From Actinomycetota bacterium (GTDB lineage: Bacteria > Actinomycetota > Actinomycetes > Nanopelagicales > Nanopelagicaceae), in assembly GCA_026393015.1 (NCBI GenBank), contig JAPLBA010000065.1, positions 1-58,235 of the forward strand: a stretch of DNA of 58,235 nt, in the 5' to 3' direction. Numbering within the stretch: position 1 is the first letter of the stretch; each line of letters begins with the position of its first letter. The translations under genes were made by a program, and so were the position numbers. The notes under the pieces are model-generated. The model was not told the origin of the DNA and searched no databases. It saw only the letters and a list, made by a program, of their open reading frames with translations. Of this stretch, positions 37,427 through 45,847 are shown in pieces.

Positions 37427-38358
37427 GCGCGAGCTCTTCCGTACACAGTCACGGCAGCAGGTAGCGAACGAAGCTTCAGTTCTTTGCTACGTCCGAGTGG
37501 TTCTCCATCGAGTTGAATCGGTAAAGCGCGATCGGCGCGCAAGGTGATGTGTGACAAGTCGTGACGCTGTACGGAAGCGCGTGGAGTGAGCCCCATTGAT
37601 AACGCGATGGTTGCGGGGATAAGACGGGCAAGTCGAATATCTCGCAGACCCATGAGATCAAGACCCGTAGCAAAACTTGCACGGGGAGTGGGATGGATGG
37701 CTTGATTTCCCTTGTAGGTGTAAGGATCTGTATTGGCTACGAGTGCCAACCCAAGTCGGAGTGACTCTTCCACGTAAAGAAGTGGCGCATGTTCTTCAAC
37801 GATTAATGTACGAGATACCTCTCGACTAGTAGCTCGCCAATAAAGTGAAGCTGACGATCGATTTCCGCGTTGGCGCTCACGGTCCACGCGTTCCACAACG
37901 GCACCATCGAAACCAATGCCTGCACAAAATGTAAAGATGCGTTCTTCAAGGCCGAGAGGACTCTCCCAGGAGGCTAACCCCAACGATATTTCAGTGCGGT
38001 TACTCCGTTTGATTGACTCTAGTAATTGATGTGTTGCTTCCACAGGATCGTTGCGAAACCCAAGTGCTCTGGCGAAAACGTTTGTGCTACCGGTGGGGAT
38101 GATCCCCAGCGCAGCTCCGCGCGATTTGCCGGTACTGAAATCGATCAGGCCGTTGCAGACTTCATTAACAGTGCCATCTCCGCCGCACGCGATCACTAAA
38201 TCGGCATCGAGCGAGGCGGCTAATGCCACACCGTGTCCACGCGCATCGGTCTCCACCACTTCGAGGTCGAGTTCGGAGCGCAGGGCTCGTTCCACCACGC
38301 GTTGGGTAGCGCTGCTGGCTCCCGTAGATTGGGGGTTGATCACTAGTAGCGCGCGCAT
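37423..38358 (-). CDS. diacylglycerol/lipid kinase family protein
   Basis: DAGK catalytic-domain motif VIACGGDGTVNEV. Confidence 0.8.
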   Translation of the reverse strand: MRALLVINPQSTGASSATQRVVERALRSELDLEVVETDARGHGVALAASLDADLVIACGGDGTVNEVCNGLIDFSTGKSRGAALGIIPTGSTNVFARALGFRNDPVEATHQLLESIKRSNRTEISLGLASWESPLGLEERIFTFCAGIGFDGAVVERVDRERQRGNRSSASLYWRATSREVSRTLIVEEHAPLLYVEESLRLGLALVANTDPYTYKGNQAIHPTPRASFATGLDLMGLRDIRLARLIPATIALSMGLTPRASVQRHDLSHITLRADRALPIQLDGEPLGRSKELKLRSLPAAVTVYGRARA

Positions 38359-38388
38359 AAATACAGGCTAGCCTTTTCCTGTGACCCC

Positions 38389-38470
38389 CAGCGAATCATC
38401 GAGCGAATCAACCAGCGAATCATCGAGTGAATCAACCAGCGAATCATCGAGTGAATCAACCAGCGAATCG
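38389..38470. repeat. 24-bp tandem repeat x3.4 (cagcgaatcatcgagygaatcaac)
   Basis: Direct reading. It lies between the divergent lipid kinase (start 38358) and the membrane-protein ATG at 38477. Confidence 0.95.
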
Positions 38471-38476
38471 GCCAGA

Positions 38477-38848
38477 ATGCGCCCGCCGGCCTCGATTCTG
38501 CCCCGGTGGACGGCTGCGCTCCTCGGCGTCGAAATACTTGCTCTGCTCGTGTTGGCTCTCTCCTTCACCTACTTCTTGCTTACGGGGTCACCCCGTCATC
38601 TTGCGGCAGCGATTTTTGAGATCGCGCTCTTCCTAGCCGGTGCTGTGGGACTGCTATTTGCGACCAAGGGAATGCGAGAAGGTCGTCACTTTGGAAGGTC
38701 ACCCTCGATCGTGGCAAATATCATCGCGCTGCCAGTCGCATATTCACAGGGACAAGCGGGCAATTATTGGATCGCGATTCCGCTCGCATTAATTGCACTT
38801 GCAGTTATCTATGGAGTCTCCAGGACTCTTCGTGGGGAAAGTAAGTAA
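38477..38848 (+). CDS. small multi-pass membrane protein (hypothetical)
   Basis: 123 aa from ATG 38477 with four hydrophobic helices. An in-frame GTG at 38381 would add a (SESSSESTSE)n N-terminus encoded by the repeat. Confidence 0.5.
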   Translation: MRPPASILPRWTAALLGVEILALLVLALSFTYFLLTGSPRHLAAAIFEIALFLAGAVGLLFATKGMREGRHFGRSPSIVANIIALPVAYSQGQAGNYWIAIPLALIALAVIYGVSRTLRGESK

Positions 38849-38853
38849 GAGTC

Positions 38854-39318
38854 ATGAGTGAGTGGAGTGATGGGCTCACTGGTTTAGATACGGCCCCATT
38901 TTTTCGAGAACACGTCACTTCCTTGCTCTCTAGAAGGTCAGCGCAATTTCAACCCATTCTCTATGGCGTGAGCGAAGTGGTGGGTTTTCAGAAGCTGGTG
39001 GACGAGCGCTCGCTCTCATTTGGAGACGCATTACTCGTAAGTATTTCCCATCAGGCACAATTACTTGTGCGTTCCGGAGATCGAGTGGGCAGGCTCGGGA
39101 GAGACCACTTCGGATATGCGTTGTTAGCCGCTAGCCAAGTGGAAGCTTCGGCGTGTGAGGAGCGGTTACGCGCTTCTTTGACTCACCACGTCTTTGATTC
39201 TGAAGAGTTTGAATTACTGCTTGCATTTACCTGGATTGGCGATAGCACAAGAAAGCTTGCTGAAATCGAATACGACGTAGATGTAGCGCTCTCACTGCAG
39301 CACATCACGTCTGACTAA
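38854..39318 (+). CDS. stand-alone degenerate GGDEF-domain protein (A-site GRDHF, I-site RxxD retained)
   Basis: DGLTGL start of a GGDEF domain. The expected GG(D/E)EF is GRDHF, and RSGD sits exactly 5 residues upstream, the canonical I-site spacing. Confidence 0.6.
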   Translation: MSEWSDGLTGLDTAPFFREHVTSLLSRRSAQFQPILYGVSEVVGFQKLVDERSLSFGDALLVSISHQAQLLVRSGDRVGRLGRDHFGYALLAASQVEASACEERLRASLTHHVFDSEEFELLLAFTWIGDSTRKLAEIEYDVDVALSLQHITSD

Positions 39319-39321
39319 GGC

Positions 39322-39792
39322 TTACTGAGAAAAACTCTCTAATTCCTCGCCATCGAGGCGAAATACTGTCCAATCTGACATTGGCCTAGCACCGACGCTC
39401 TTGTAGAACTCGATGGCTGGTGCGTTCCAATCGAGTACCCACCATTCAAGGCGGGCATATCCGCGTGCGACACAACGGGCAGCTAACGTCTTGAGGAGCG
39501 CCTTGCCCACGCCTTGCCCACGACGTTCGGGCTTGACGTAAAGATCCTCCAGATAGATGCCGTGTTGACCCCGCCATGTTGAGTAATTGATGTACCAGAC
39601 CGCAAAGCCGATTACCTCAGTACCGTCGACGGCCACATCTCCGAAGAGGTAAGGCGTCTCGGCGAAGAGTGCGACTTCCAAGTCCGCATGAGTGGAGAGG
39701 ACGCTCTCCGGGCTCTTCTCATAAATGGCCAGATCAATGATGAGCTGATGGATGGCTGGCACGTCTAAAGGTTCCGCAGGGCGAATATGCAT
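39322..39792 (-). CDS. GNAT family N-acetyltransferase
   Basis: 156 aa with the acetyl-CoA motif RRGQGVGKALL. Confidence 0.85.
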   Translation of the reverse strand: MHIRPAEPLDVPAIHQLIIDLAIYEKSPESVLSTHADLEVALFAETPYLFGDVAVDGTEVIGFAVWYINYSTWRGQHGIYLEDLYVKPERRGQGVGKALLKTLAARCVARGYARLEWWVLDWNAPAIEFYKSVGARPMSDWTVFRLDGEELESFSQ

Positions 39793-39879
39793 TCACTGAG
39801 TGTATTCATTCAACCGGTTTTTTTGGTGGGCGGTGGATGGCTGGCGGTGAGCGGGGTCGCTCGCATCCACCATCTGGGG

Positions 39880-40830
39880 ATGGAAAACGCTGAGTTGTTG
39901 GGCGAGCTCGCTCCGTTGATGGCTGATGCCACGATTGAGGAGATCTGGATCAATTCCCCTACCCGCATTTATGTGGCACGCGCCGGGCGAGCAGAACTTA
40001 CTCCGCTGGTGATGTCTACCCAACGGGTAACCGAATTGGTGGAGCGGCTCTTACTTCACTCGCATAGACGAGTCGATCTCACACATCCTTTTGTTGATGC
40101 CACCTTGCCCGACGGAAGCCGTCTCCACGTAGCCATACCAACCGTGACTGCCAAGCATTGGGCGATAAATATTCGTAAACATCTCGTGAAGGCGCACTCA
40201 CTGGCTGATTTAGAAAAGCGTGGCGTAATTTCACCTGATCAAACAGCGCAATTATTGAGTTTGATTATAGAAGGGAAATCAATCTTGGTCAGTGGGGGAA
40301 CTCATACCGGTAAAACTACGATGCTCAACGCTTTACTCTCTGAAAGCCCACCTGACAATCGTGTGATCACTATTGAAGAGGTATTCGAATTAGATCCTGA
40401 CGTGCGTGACTTGGTCGCACTTCAAACGCGAGAGGCGACACATGGAGGAGAAGGCGCTATTGATCTCCGTCGATTGGTCAAAGAAGCGCTGCGTATGCGT
40501 CCCTCTCGAATTGTGGTGGGCGAAGTTCGAGGTGCTGAAGCACTCGATCTCTTAATCGCATTAAACGCCGGAATACCGGGAGCTGCAAGTATTCATGCGA
40601 ACTCAGCCGAAGAGGCAATTGAGAAGTTGAGATTACTCCCGTTGCTCGCTGGTGAGAACCTCCCACTTAATTTTATCAACTCACTTATTGGGAGAGTGAT
40701 TGATGCAGTTGTTCATTTAGAGATTGATGCGGAGAGTGGCGACCGATTTGTATCAGAAATTATGAGTATCGACTGGCGTGATGGCTCAATGCAGTATTCG
40801 CATCGCCGCCGTAGGCCGCAGGTGTCATGA
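39880..40830 (+). CDS. TadA/CpaF-type secretion ATPase (short form)
   Basis: Walker A GGTHTGKTT, Asp/His boxes and an EIWINSP N-domain. ATG 39880 is the likely start; the track ORF opens at 39787 and overlaps the GNAT start. Confidence 0.8.
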   Translation: MENAELLGELAPLMADATIEEIWINSPTRIYVARAGRAELTPLVMSTQRVTELVERLLLHSHRRVDLTHPFVDATLPDGSRLHVAIPTVTAKHWAINIRKHLVKAHSLADLEKRGVISPDQTAQLLSLIIEGKSILVSGGTHTGKTTMLNALLSESPPDNRVITIEEVFELDPDVRDLVALQTREATHGGEGAIDLRRLVKEALRMRPSRIVVGEVRGAEALDLLIALNAGIPGAASIHANSAEEAIEKLRLLPLLAGENLPLNFINSLIGRVIDAVVHLEIDAESGDRFVSEIMSIDWRDGSMQYSHRRRRPQVS

Positions 40831-41393
40831 TGAAGAGTTCCATGATTCACGAGAGTGCGAAAGTAATTCCAGAACGTGAATGGCCAGCAACTTTTGAGTA
40901 CCTCGCGTCCAACTTACGAAGTGGCATGCCCATTCCACAAGCGCTCTCGGCGCTGGCTGAACGCGGGAGTGATGAGATGAAGGCCATCTTTCGAAACGTG
41001 CGGCGTGATCTTGCGCTGGGTATGCCCCTCGAGGCGGCAATCTACTTACTGAAGACGAGTCACCATGGTGATCGGCTTCGGCATATCTTGCTCCTCGGCC
41101 GCGAAGTGGGGGTAGATCATCTCCCCGAGCTTCTCCTCATTTCGGCGCGCTTTATTCGCCGCGACATTGAGGTGAAGGAGGAAGTGAAGGTTCGACAAGG
41201 CTGGGTACGAAATGGTGCTCGACTGGGGCTGGTTGCGCCGTGGGCGATCTTGCTCTTACTCATGACGAGAGCAAGCACTCGAGCGGCGATGTTTACCACC
41301 GCTGGTGGGGCGGTGATCGCTTCTGGGGCAGGGGCATGCGTCGTTGCGGCGTGGTGGATGAAGCGTGCCTCGCAGATTCCTGGGATCAACTGA
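40827..41393 (+). CDS. TadB-like type II secretion system F-domain protein
   Basis: ATGA overlap with the ATPase. T2SSF-like segment (LRSGMPIPQALSALAERGSDEM...GMPLEAAI) and C-terminal TM helices. Confidence 0.6.
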   Translation: MMKSSMIHESAKVIPEREWPATFEYLASNLRSGMPIPQALSALAERGSDEMKAIFRNVRRDLALGMPLEAAIYLLKTSHHGDRLRHILLLGREVGVDHLPELLLISARFIRRDIEVKEEVKVRQGWVRNGARLGLVAPWAILLLLMTRASTRAAMFTTAGGAVIASGAGACVVAAWWMKRASQIPGIN

Positions 41394-42211
41394 TGTCTCT
41401 TCTCCTGGCCGTTGTCCTACTGGTGACTGGACTTACGATGAACGCAACTAATCGCCACGATACAGAGAAGTGGATGATGCAGTCGCTTGCCCCTTTTATC
41501 CGTGAAGTGGATCCTTTCCTATTAGATTCCACACCAGTTGATCAGGCACATTTACGATCTGCTGGGATCATCACTCTTGAAGAGCAGCGCACACATTTCA
41601 AGACTCGAAGGCAGACAATAGGAATCGGTGCGGTTATAGGCGCGTTAATTTCGCTAGCAGCCAATAGCGCACTACTGACGATCATCTTTTCAACCCTCAT
41701 GGCTGCAGGATTTGCACTTATCGCAGACAAATGGCGATTACGCCGACGAGAAAAACGTTTCCAAATGGAGCTTCGGCAGGACTTTCCAGATGTAGTCGAG
41801 CAGATAGCGCTCTCGGCGGTGGCTGGCGAAAGCATTTTCTTTGCCCTTCGTCGAGTGGCGCTCGATTCTTCAACCCTCTCGCGTTCTCTCTCGGATGTGG
41901 TGCACAAAGTAGAGCGTGGGGAGGCGCTCATGGAGGTGCTTACTCATTGGGCGCATTGGTATCGGATTCCTGGTGGAGATCGCCTGGTGGACGCGCTCTT
42001 GATCTCGCAGGTACAGGGTTCACCGCTAGCGCCGCTCTTGCTTAATCACGCGCATGAGGTTCGCGAGGAGAGTCGGCGCGCGCTACTAGAAGCTTGTGGG
42101 AAGAGTGAAATTGCGATGGCGATTCCGGTGGTCTTCTTGATCTTGCCGGTGACAGTGCTCTTCGCGCTCTACCCAAGTTTGGCGCAACTCAACTTGATGG
42201 CCTTCGGATGA
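41393..42211 (+). CDS. TadC-like type II secretion system F-domain protein
   Basis: ATG 41393 shares one nucleotide with the TadB-like stop (TGATG). T2SSF-like segment (FPDVVEQIALSAVAGESIFFAL...) and terminal TM helices. Confidence 0.6.
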   Translation: MSLLLAVVLLVTGLTMNATNRHDTEKWMMQSLAPFIREVDPFLLDSTPVDQAHLRSAGIITLEEQRTHFKTRRQTIGIGAVIGALISLAANSALLTIIFSTLMAAGFALIADKWRLRRREKRFQMELRQDFPDVVEQIALSAVAGESIFFALRRVALDSSTLSRSLSDVVHKVERGEALMEVLTHWAHWYRIPGGDRLVDALLISQVQGSPLAPLLLNHAHEVREESRRALLEACGKSEIAMAIPVVFLILPVTVLFALYPSLAQLNLMAFG

Positions 42212-42241
42212 ACCACCCCCCTACAAATATAGGAGATAGCC

Positions 42242-42451
42242 ATGGAAACGATCTATCAGAATGTCTTTGGATGCATGTTTTGGATCCGCCGGAGAGTGGT
42301 GGAGCCGATGAAGAATTCTCGAGGTGATGTGCCCGGTTGGGTACTCGTGGTTTTGATGACCGCTGGATTAGTGACGGTGCTCTGGGCAGTGGCAGGACCA
42401 CGACTCTCGGCAATGCTCTCTAGGTCACTTGATGCGGTCTCCTCTCAATAA
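42242..42451 (+). CDS. putative Flp/pseudopilin-like small membrane protein
   Basis: A short basic leader, then G followed by one long hydrophobic helix (SRG/DVPGWVLVVLMTAGLVTVLWAVAG). It sits directly after tadC. There is no canonical G/xxxxEY motif. The start could be the internal ATG (MKNSRG...). Confidence 0.35.
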   Translation: METIYQNVFGCMFWIRRRVVEPMKNSRGDVPGWVLVVLMTAGLVTVLWAVAGPRLSAMLSRSLDAVSSQ

Positions 42452-42494
42452 GTCGGTACCGCATAAGTCGGCACCGCACAAGTCGGTACCACGC
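42450..42494. repeat. 15-bp tandem repeat x3 (aagtcggtaccgcat)
   Basis: Direct reading. It begins inside the stop codon of the pilin-like ORF and ends 12 nt before the TadE-like ATG at 42507. Confidence 0.95.
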
Positions 42495-42506
42495 AGAATT
42501 CGGCAC

Positions 42507-42851
42507 ATGCTCGTTGAAGAACGAGGAAATGTCGAGTCCTTCTTAGTACTTGTGCCGCTCACCTTGCTCTTTCTTGGCGTACTGACGTTGCTTCTCTTCC
42601 TGCAAATTCGCATCAGCGCTCTGGGGGTGGCCATGACGTTGGCGCGCGAAGTTTCCCTCTCAACTCACTATGAAGAGAACGAACGTGCCGCGCGTTCCAA
42701 ATTGCAGCAAGTGGGTGTGATGGAACCAATCAACATTAGTTTTGAAAAAGGAGTTTCAGTCGGATTGCAGACGGTCGTGGTGATTATCAAGGGCCGTACG
42801 GCTGTGGGGATTCCAATCTCTCTCGAAGTGAGCGTGGCGGTGGAGCATTAG
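42507..42851 (+). CDS. TadE-like pseudopilin
   Basis: MLVEERG/NVESFLVLVPLTLLFLGVL resembles the TadE N-terminal motif. An in-frame ATG at 42432 would add a repeat-encoded leader (KSVPHKSAPHKSVPRR). Confidence 0.5.
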   Translation: MLVEERGNVESFLVLVPLTLLFLGVLTLLLFLQIRISALGVAMTLAREVSLSTHYEENERAARSKLQQVGVMEPINISFEKGVSVGLQTVVVIIKGRTAVGIPISLEVSVAVEH

Positions 42852-42853
42852 GC

Positions 42854-43237
42854 CTAAACGCACTCCCGGCATGTTCCGATAATTTCCAATCGATGTTCCA
42901 TTTCGCTAAAGCCTTCGCTTGCACCCAGTCGTTCGGCGAGCGCTTCAGCTTCCGGTGCTTGGAATTCCACGCTCTTGCCACACTTGCGGCAGAGCAAGTG
43001 GTGATGGTGGTGTGATCCGCAGAGCCGAAAGCGTGATTCGCCATCGTTATCAATGAATACATCAAGATCACCATCGTTTACTAAGTCGCTTAAGGCGCGG
43101 TAGATCGTGGAGAGACCGACTTTGGAGTCCTCCATCTCTGAATAGAGCTCTTTTGCGCTGATGAATTCTTTTCGAGTTTTCAGAAAATCAATAATTGCTC
43201 TGCGCTGTCGGGTGTTTCTCTTGGTGGGTGCGCTCAT
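42854..43237 (-). CDS. zur: Fur-family metalloregulator, probably Zur
   Basis: Winged-helix N-terminus, a His cluster HHHHH, and CxxC ... CxxC motifs. It lies immediately downstream of a ZIP transporter gene. Confidence 0.75.
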   Translation of the reverse strand: MSAPTKRNTRQRRAIIDFLKTRKEFISAKELYSEMEDSKVGLSTIYRALSDLVNDGDLDVFIDNDGESRFRLCGSHHHHHLLCRKCGKSVEFQAPEAEALAERLGASEGFSEMEHRLEIIGTCRECV

Positions 43238-43239
43238 GA

Positions 43240-44010
43240 TTAGGCCGAAGATCCAAGCGAAACAATTCCAAACATGATCGCTACGCCGATCAACGTTGCT
43301 AACAGAGTCCAGCGCGAGGGGTGATTGCTATGCGCTTCTGGAAGTACGTGTGAGGTACTGAGATAGACCAAGAATCCAGCAAAGAGCGCCAGATAAATAC
43401 CTAAGAGCGGTTCGCTCAAAGTGAGGTATGTACCAATGGTGGCACCAAGCAAACGAGCGACACCGTCAAGTGCTAAGAGTGCGATGGCTTTCGTACGCCA
43501 CCGTCCGCTTCGGATCAACAACATGACAGTGTTGAGTCCATCGGTGAACGCGTGCGAAATGACCGCGATAGCCACTGCAAAGCCAACAGGGTTACTTACT
43601 TGGAAAGCCAGGCCCACGCCGACGCCATCGAGGAATACGTGGATCACCATCGCGCCTGCGCCCACGAGACCCGTGCTCAGATGAGTATGTGAGTGATCGT
43701 CGCCGTAATCAGAGTCGGCCGGCTCATGGCTTCCGAAAAAACGTTCCATCATGTGGAGCGCGAGAAATCCGACCACAAAGGCGACCATAGGGGTTGGAAT
43801 GCCGGCTAGGTGATGAGTATTGAGCTGGAGAACTTCGGGGATCAGGTCGAATGCGACGAGCCCCAAGAGAAGCCCGGCGGAGAGTCCGAGGAGTAGGTGC
43901 ATGCGATCTCGGGAACGGAGTGCGAGAAAGCCACCCAGAGCCGTTGCGAGTACTGTGATCAGCGTTATCAAGATGGCCATGAGAGCGAGGCTATTGATAA
44001 CGGGAATCAT
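43240..44010 (-). CDS. ZIP family metal (zinc) transporter
   Basis: Multi-pass protein with a His-rich loop (HEPADSDYGDDHSHTH) and a ZIP signature (HAFTDGLN). ATG 44010 is preferred, because the longer ORF to 44136 overlaps the opposite-strand gene. Confidence 0.8.
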   Translation of the reverse strand: MIPVINSLALMAILITLITVLATALGGFLALRSRDRMHLLLGLSAGLLLGLVAFDLIPEVLQLNTHHLAGIPTPMVAFVVGFLALHMMERFFGSHEPADSDYGDDHSHTHLSTGLVGAGAMVIHVFLDGVGVGLAFQVSNPVGFAVAIAVISHAFTDGLNTVMLLIRSGRWRTKAIALLALDGVARLLGATIGTYLTLSEPLLGIYLALFAGFLVYLSTSHVLPEAHSNHPSRWTLLATLIGVAIMFGIVSLGSSA

Positions 44011-44014
44011 TGTC
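43996..44014. promoter_or_regulatory. Fur/Zur-box-like sequence overlapping the ZIP start codon
   Basis: GATAACGGGAATCATTGTC matches the classical Fur box GATAATGATAATCATTATC at 15/19 positions. Its right part, GGGAATCATTGTCA, resembles the actinobacterial Zur half-site GAAAATCATTTTCA (11/14). Dyad symmetry is only moderate. Confidence 0.35.
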
Positions 44015-44067
44015 AATAAGCCGTGAAAGAAAAATAAAGCCGAGAAAAAGAGGGAGGAGCAGGGACG

Positions 44068-44403
44068 ATGTTCGCCATTGCTCGTTTTACTACCACTTCG
44101 ATTTCGCCGTGGGGCGAGAGCGAGCTCTTTGAGCACGCCCGTCGAGCCGTGGAGTTACTCGCTGGCCGTCCTGGTTATCTGAGCGGACGTTTCGGGGTGG
44201 CCACCGATCAGGATTTCGATCGAGCCAGCGGAAGCACCCCCAATTCGGTCTACGCCCTGGTGACCGAGTGGGAGAACGTGGGCTCATATCGACGTGCGCT
44301 CTCCGGGTTTGAGATCAAAATGGAGGTTGTGCCACTCCTCTCTCGCGCGCTCGATGAGCCAGGGGGCTTTGAGGAAATCGCTCTCACTGCAGATTCCGAG
44401 TAA
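44068..44403 (+). CDS. antibiotic-biosynthesis-monooxygenase (ABM)-like small protein
   Basis: 111 aa with a dimeric alpha/beta-barrel-like pattern ([17 protein letters not shown]). Tentative. Confidence 0.45.
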   Translation: MFAIARFTTTSISPWGESELFEHARRAVELLAGRPGYLSGRFGVATDQDFDRASGSTPNSVYALVTEWENVGSYRRALSGFEIKMEVVPLLSRALDEPGGFEEIALTADSE

Positions 44404-44470
44404 AATCTTCCAGAAGCGCCTTGCGAAATCTCGTGCGCCGCCGACAACCAGCCGGATGGAGATCACGCTC

Positions 44471-45847
44471 ATGGCAGATCGTCTAGAAACTATCGTCAGC
44501 CTTTCGAAGCGACGTGGATTTGTTTACCCCTCGTCAGAGATCTACGGAGGCCTTCGCGCCTCCTGGGATTACGGCCCCTTGGGTATCGAATTAAAGAACA
44601 ACGTGAAGCGTCAGTGGTGGAAGTCGATGATCACCCAACGCGAAGATGTTGTGGGATTGGATTCCTGCGTCATCCTTGCGAGGGAAGTCTGGGAAGCCTC
44701 CGGTCACGTCGCTACGTTCTCTGATCCACTCACCGAGTGTATTTCGTGCCATAAGCGTTATCGCGCCGATCACTTGGAAGAAGCGTACGAAGCTAAACAT
44801 AAGAAGCCAGCTGCATCGCTCGCCGAAATCAATTGCCCCAACTGTGGCACTAAAGGTCAATTCACTGATCCACGCCAATTCTCTGGTCTCTTAAAAACCT
44901 ATTTGGGGCCGGTAGAAGATGAGAGCGGTCTTGCTTACTTGCGTCCAGAAACTGCCCAAGGAATCTTTATTAACTTCGGAAATGTATCGACCACCTCGCG
45001 CAAGAAGCCACCGTTTGGTATTGGTCAGATCGGAAAGTCATTTCGTAATGAAATCACTCCTGGAAACTTCATCTTCCGCACCCGTGAATTTGAACAAATG
45101 GAGATGGAATTCTTTGTGGTGCCCGGCACTGATGAAGAGTGGCATCAAATTTGGATCGATACTCGCCTTGCTTGGTACAAGGACCTCGGAGTCAATCCGG
45201 ATCGATTGCGCATCTTCGATCATCCAAAAGAGAAGCTCTCGCACTACTCCAAGCGCACAGCTGACATTGAATACAAGTTTGAATTCGCCGGCACCGACTG
45301 GGGCGAGCTTGAAGGTATTGCTAACCGTACAGATTTCGATTTGAAGGCACACTCTGCGGCATCCGGCCAAGATCTCTCTTGGTTTGATCAGGAATCTGGT
45401 GAGCGTTGGGTGCCTTATGTCATCGAACCTGCAGCGGGTGTGGATCGTTGCGCACTTACCTTCTTGCTCGATGCTTATGCTGAAGATGAAGCGCCAAACT
45501 CAAAGGGTGGGGTCGACAAGCGTGTTGTCCTACGCCTTGATCATCGTCTCGCTCCAGTAAAGGTCGCAGTACTTCCACTCAGTCGTAATGCAGATCTTTC
45601 TCCCAAGGCGCGAGATCTTGCTGCTGCGCTTCGCAAGAATTGGAATGTGGAATTTGATGATGCTGGTGCCATCGGACGTCGCTATCGTCGACAAGACGAG
45701 ATCGGTACTCCGTTTTGTATCACGATCGACTTTGAGACGCTGGACGATCAAGCGGTCACCATTCGCGAACGCGACACCATGGCGCAAGAACGTATCTCCC
45801 TCGATCAGGTGGAGCAATGGTTAGCCCCCAAACTTCTCGGTTGCTAA
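44471..45847 (+). CDS. glyQS: glycine--tRNA ligase (alpha2 type)
   Basis: [28 protein letters not shown]-terminus and class II motifs. The track ORF opens at 44294, but the extension overlaps the ABM gene. Confidence 0.9.
   Translation: MADRLETIVSLSKRRGFVYPSSEIYGGLRASWDYGPLGIELKNNVKRQWWKSMITQREDVVGLDSCVILAREVWEASGHVATFSDPLTECISCHKRYRADHLEEAYEAKHKKPAASLAEINCPNCGTKGQFTDPRQFSGLLKTYLGPVEDESGLAYLRPETAQGIFINFGNVSTTSRKKPPFGIGQIGKSFRNEITPGNFIFRTREFEQMEMEFFVVPGTDEEWHQIWIDTRLAWYKDLGVNPDRLRIFDHPKEKLSHYSKRTADIEYKFEFAGTDWGELEGIANRTDFDLKAHSAASGQDLSWFDQESGERWVPYVIEPAAGVDRCALTFLLDAYAEDEAPNSKGGVDKRVVLRLDHRLAPVKVAVLPLSRNADLSPKARDLAAALRKNWNVEFDDAGAIGRRYRRQDEIGTPFCITIDFETLDDQAVTIRERDTMAQERISLDQVEQWLAPKLLGC

Noticed and set aside
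44294-44470. An upstream extension of the glycyl-tRNA synthetase ORF (517 aa version).
   Set aside because: The extension overlaps the ABM-like gene in another frame and precedes the conserved GlyRS N-terminus ([17 protein letters not shown]).
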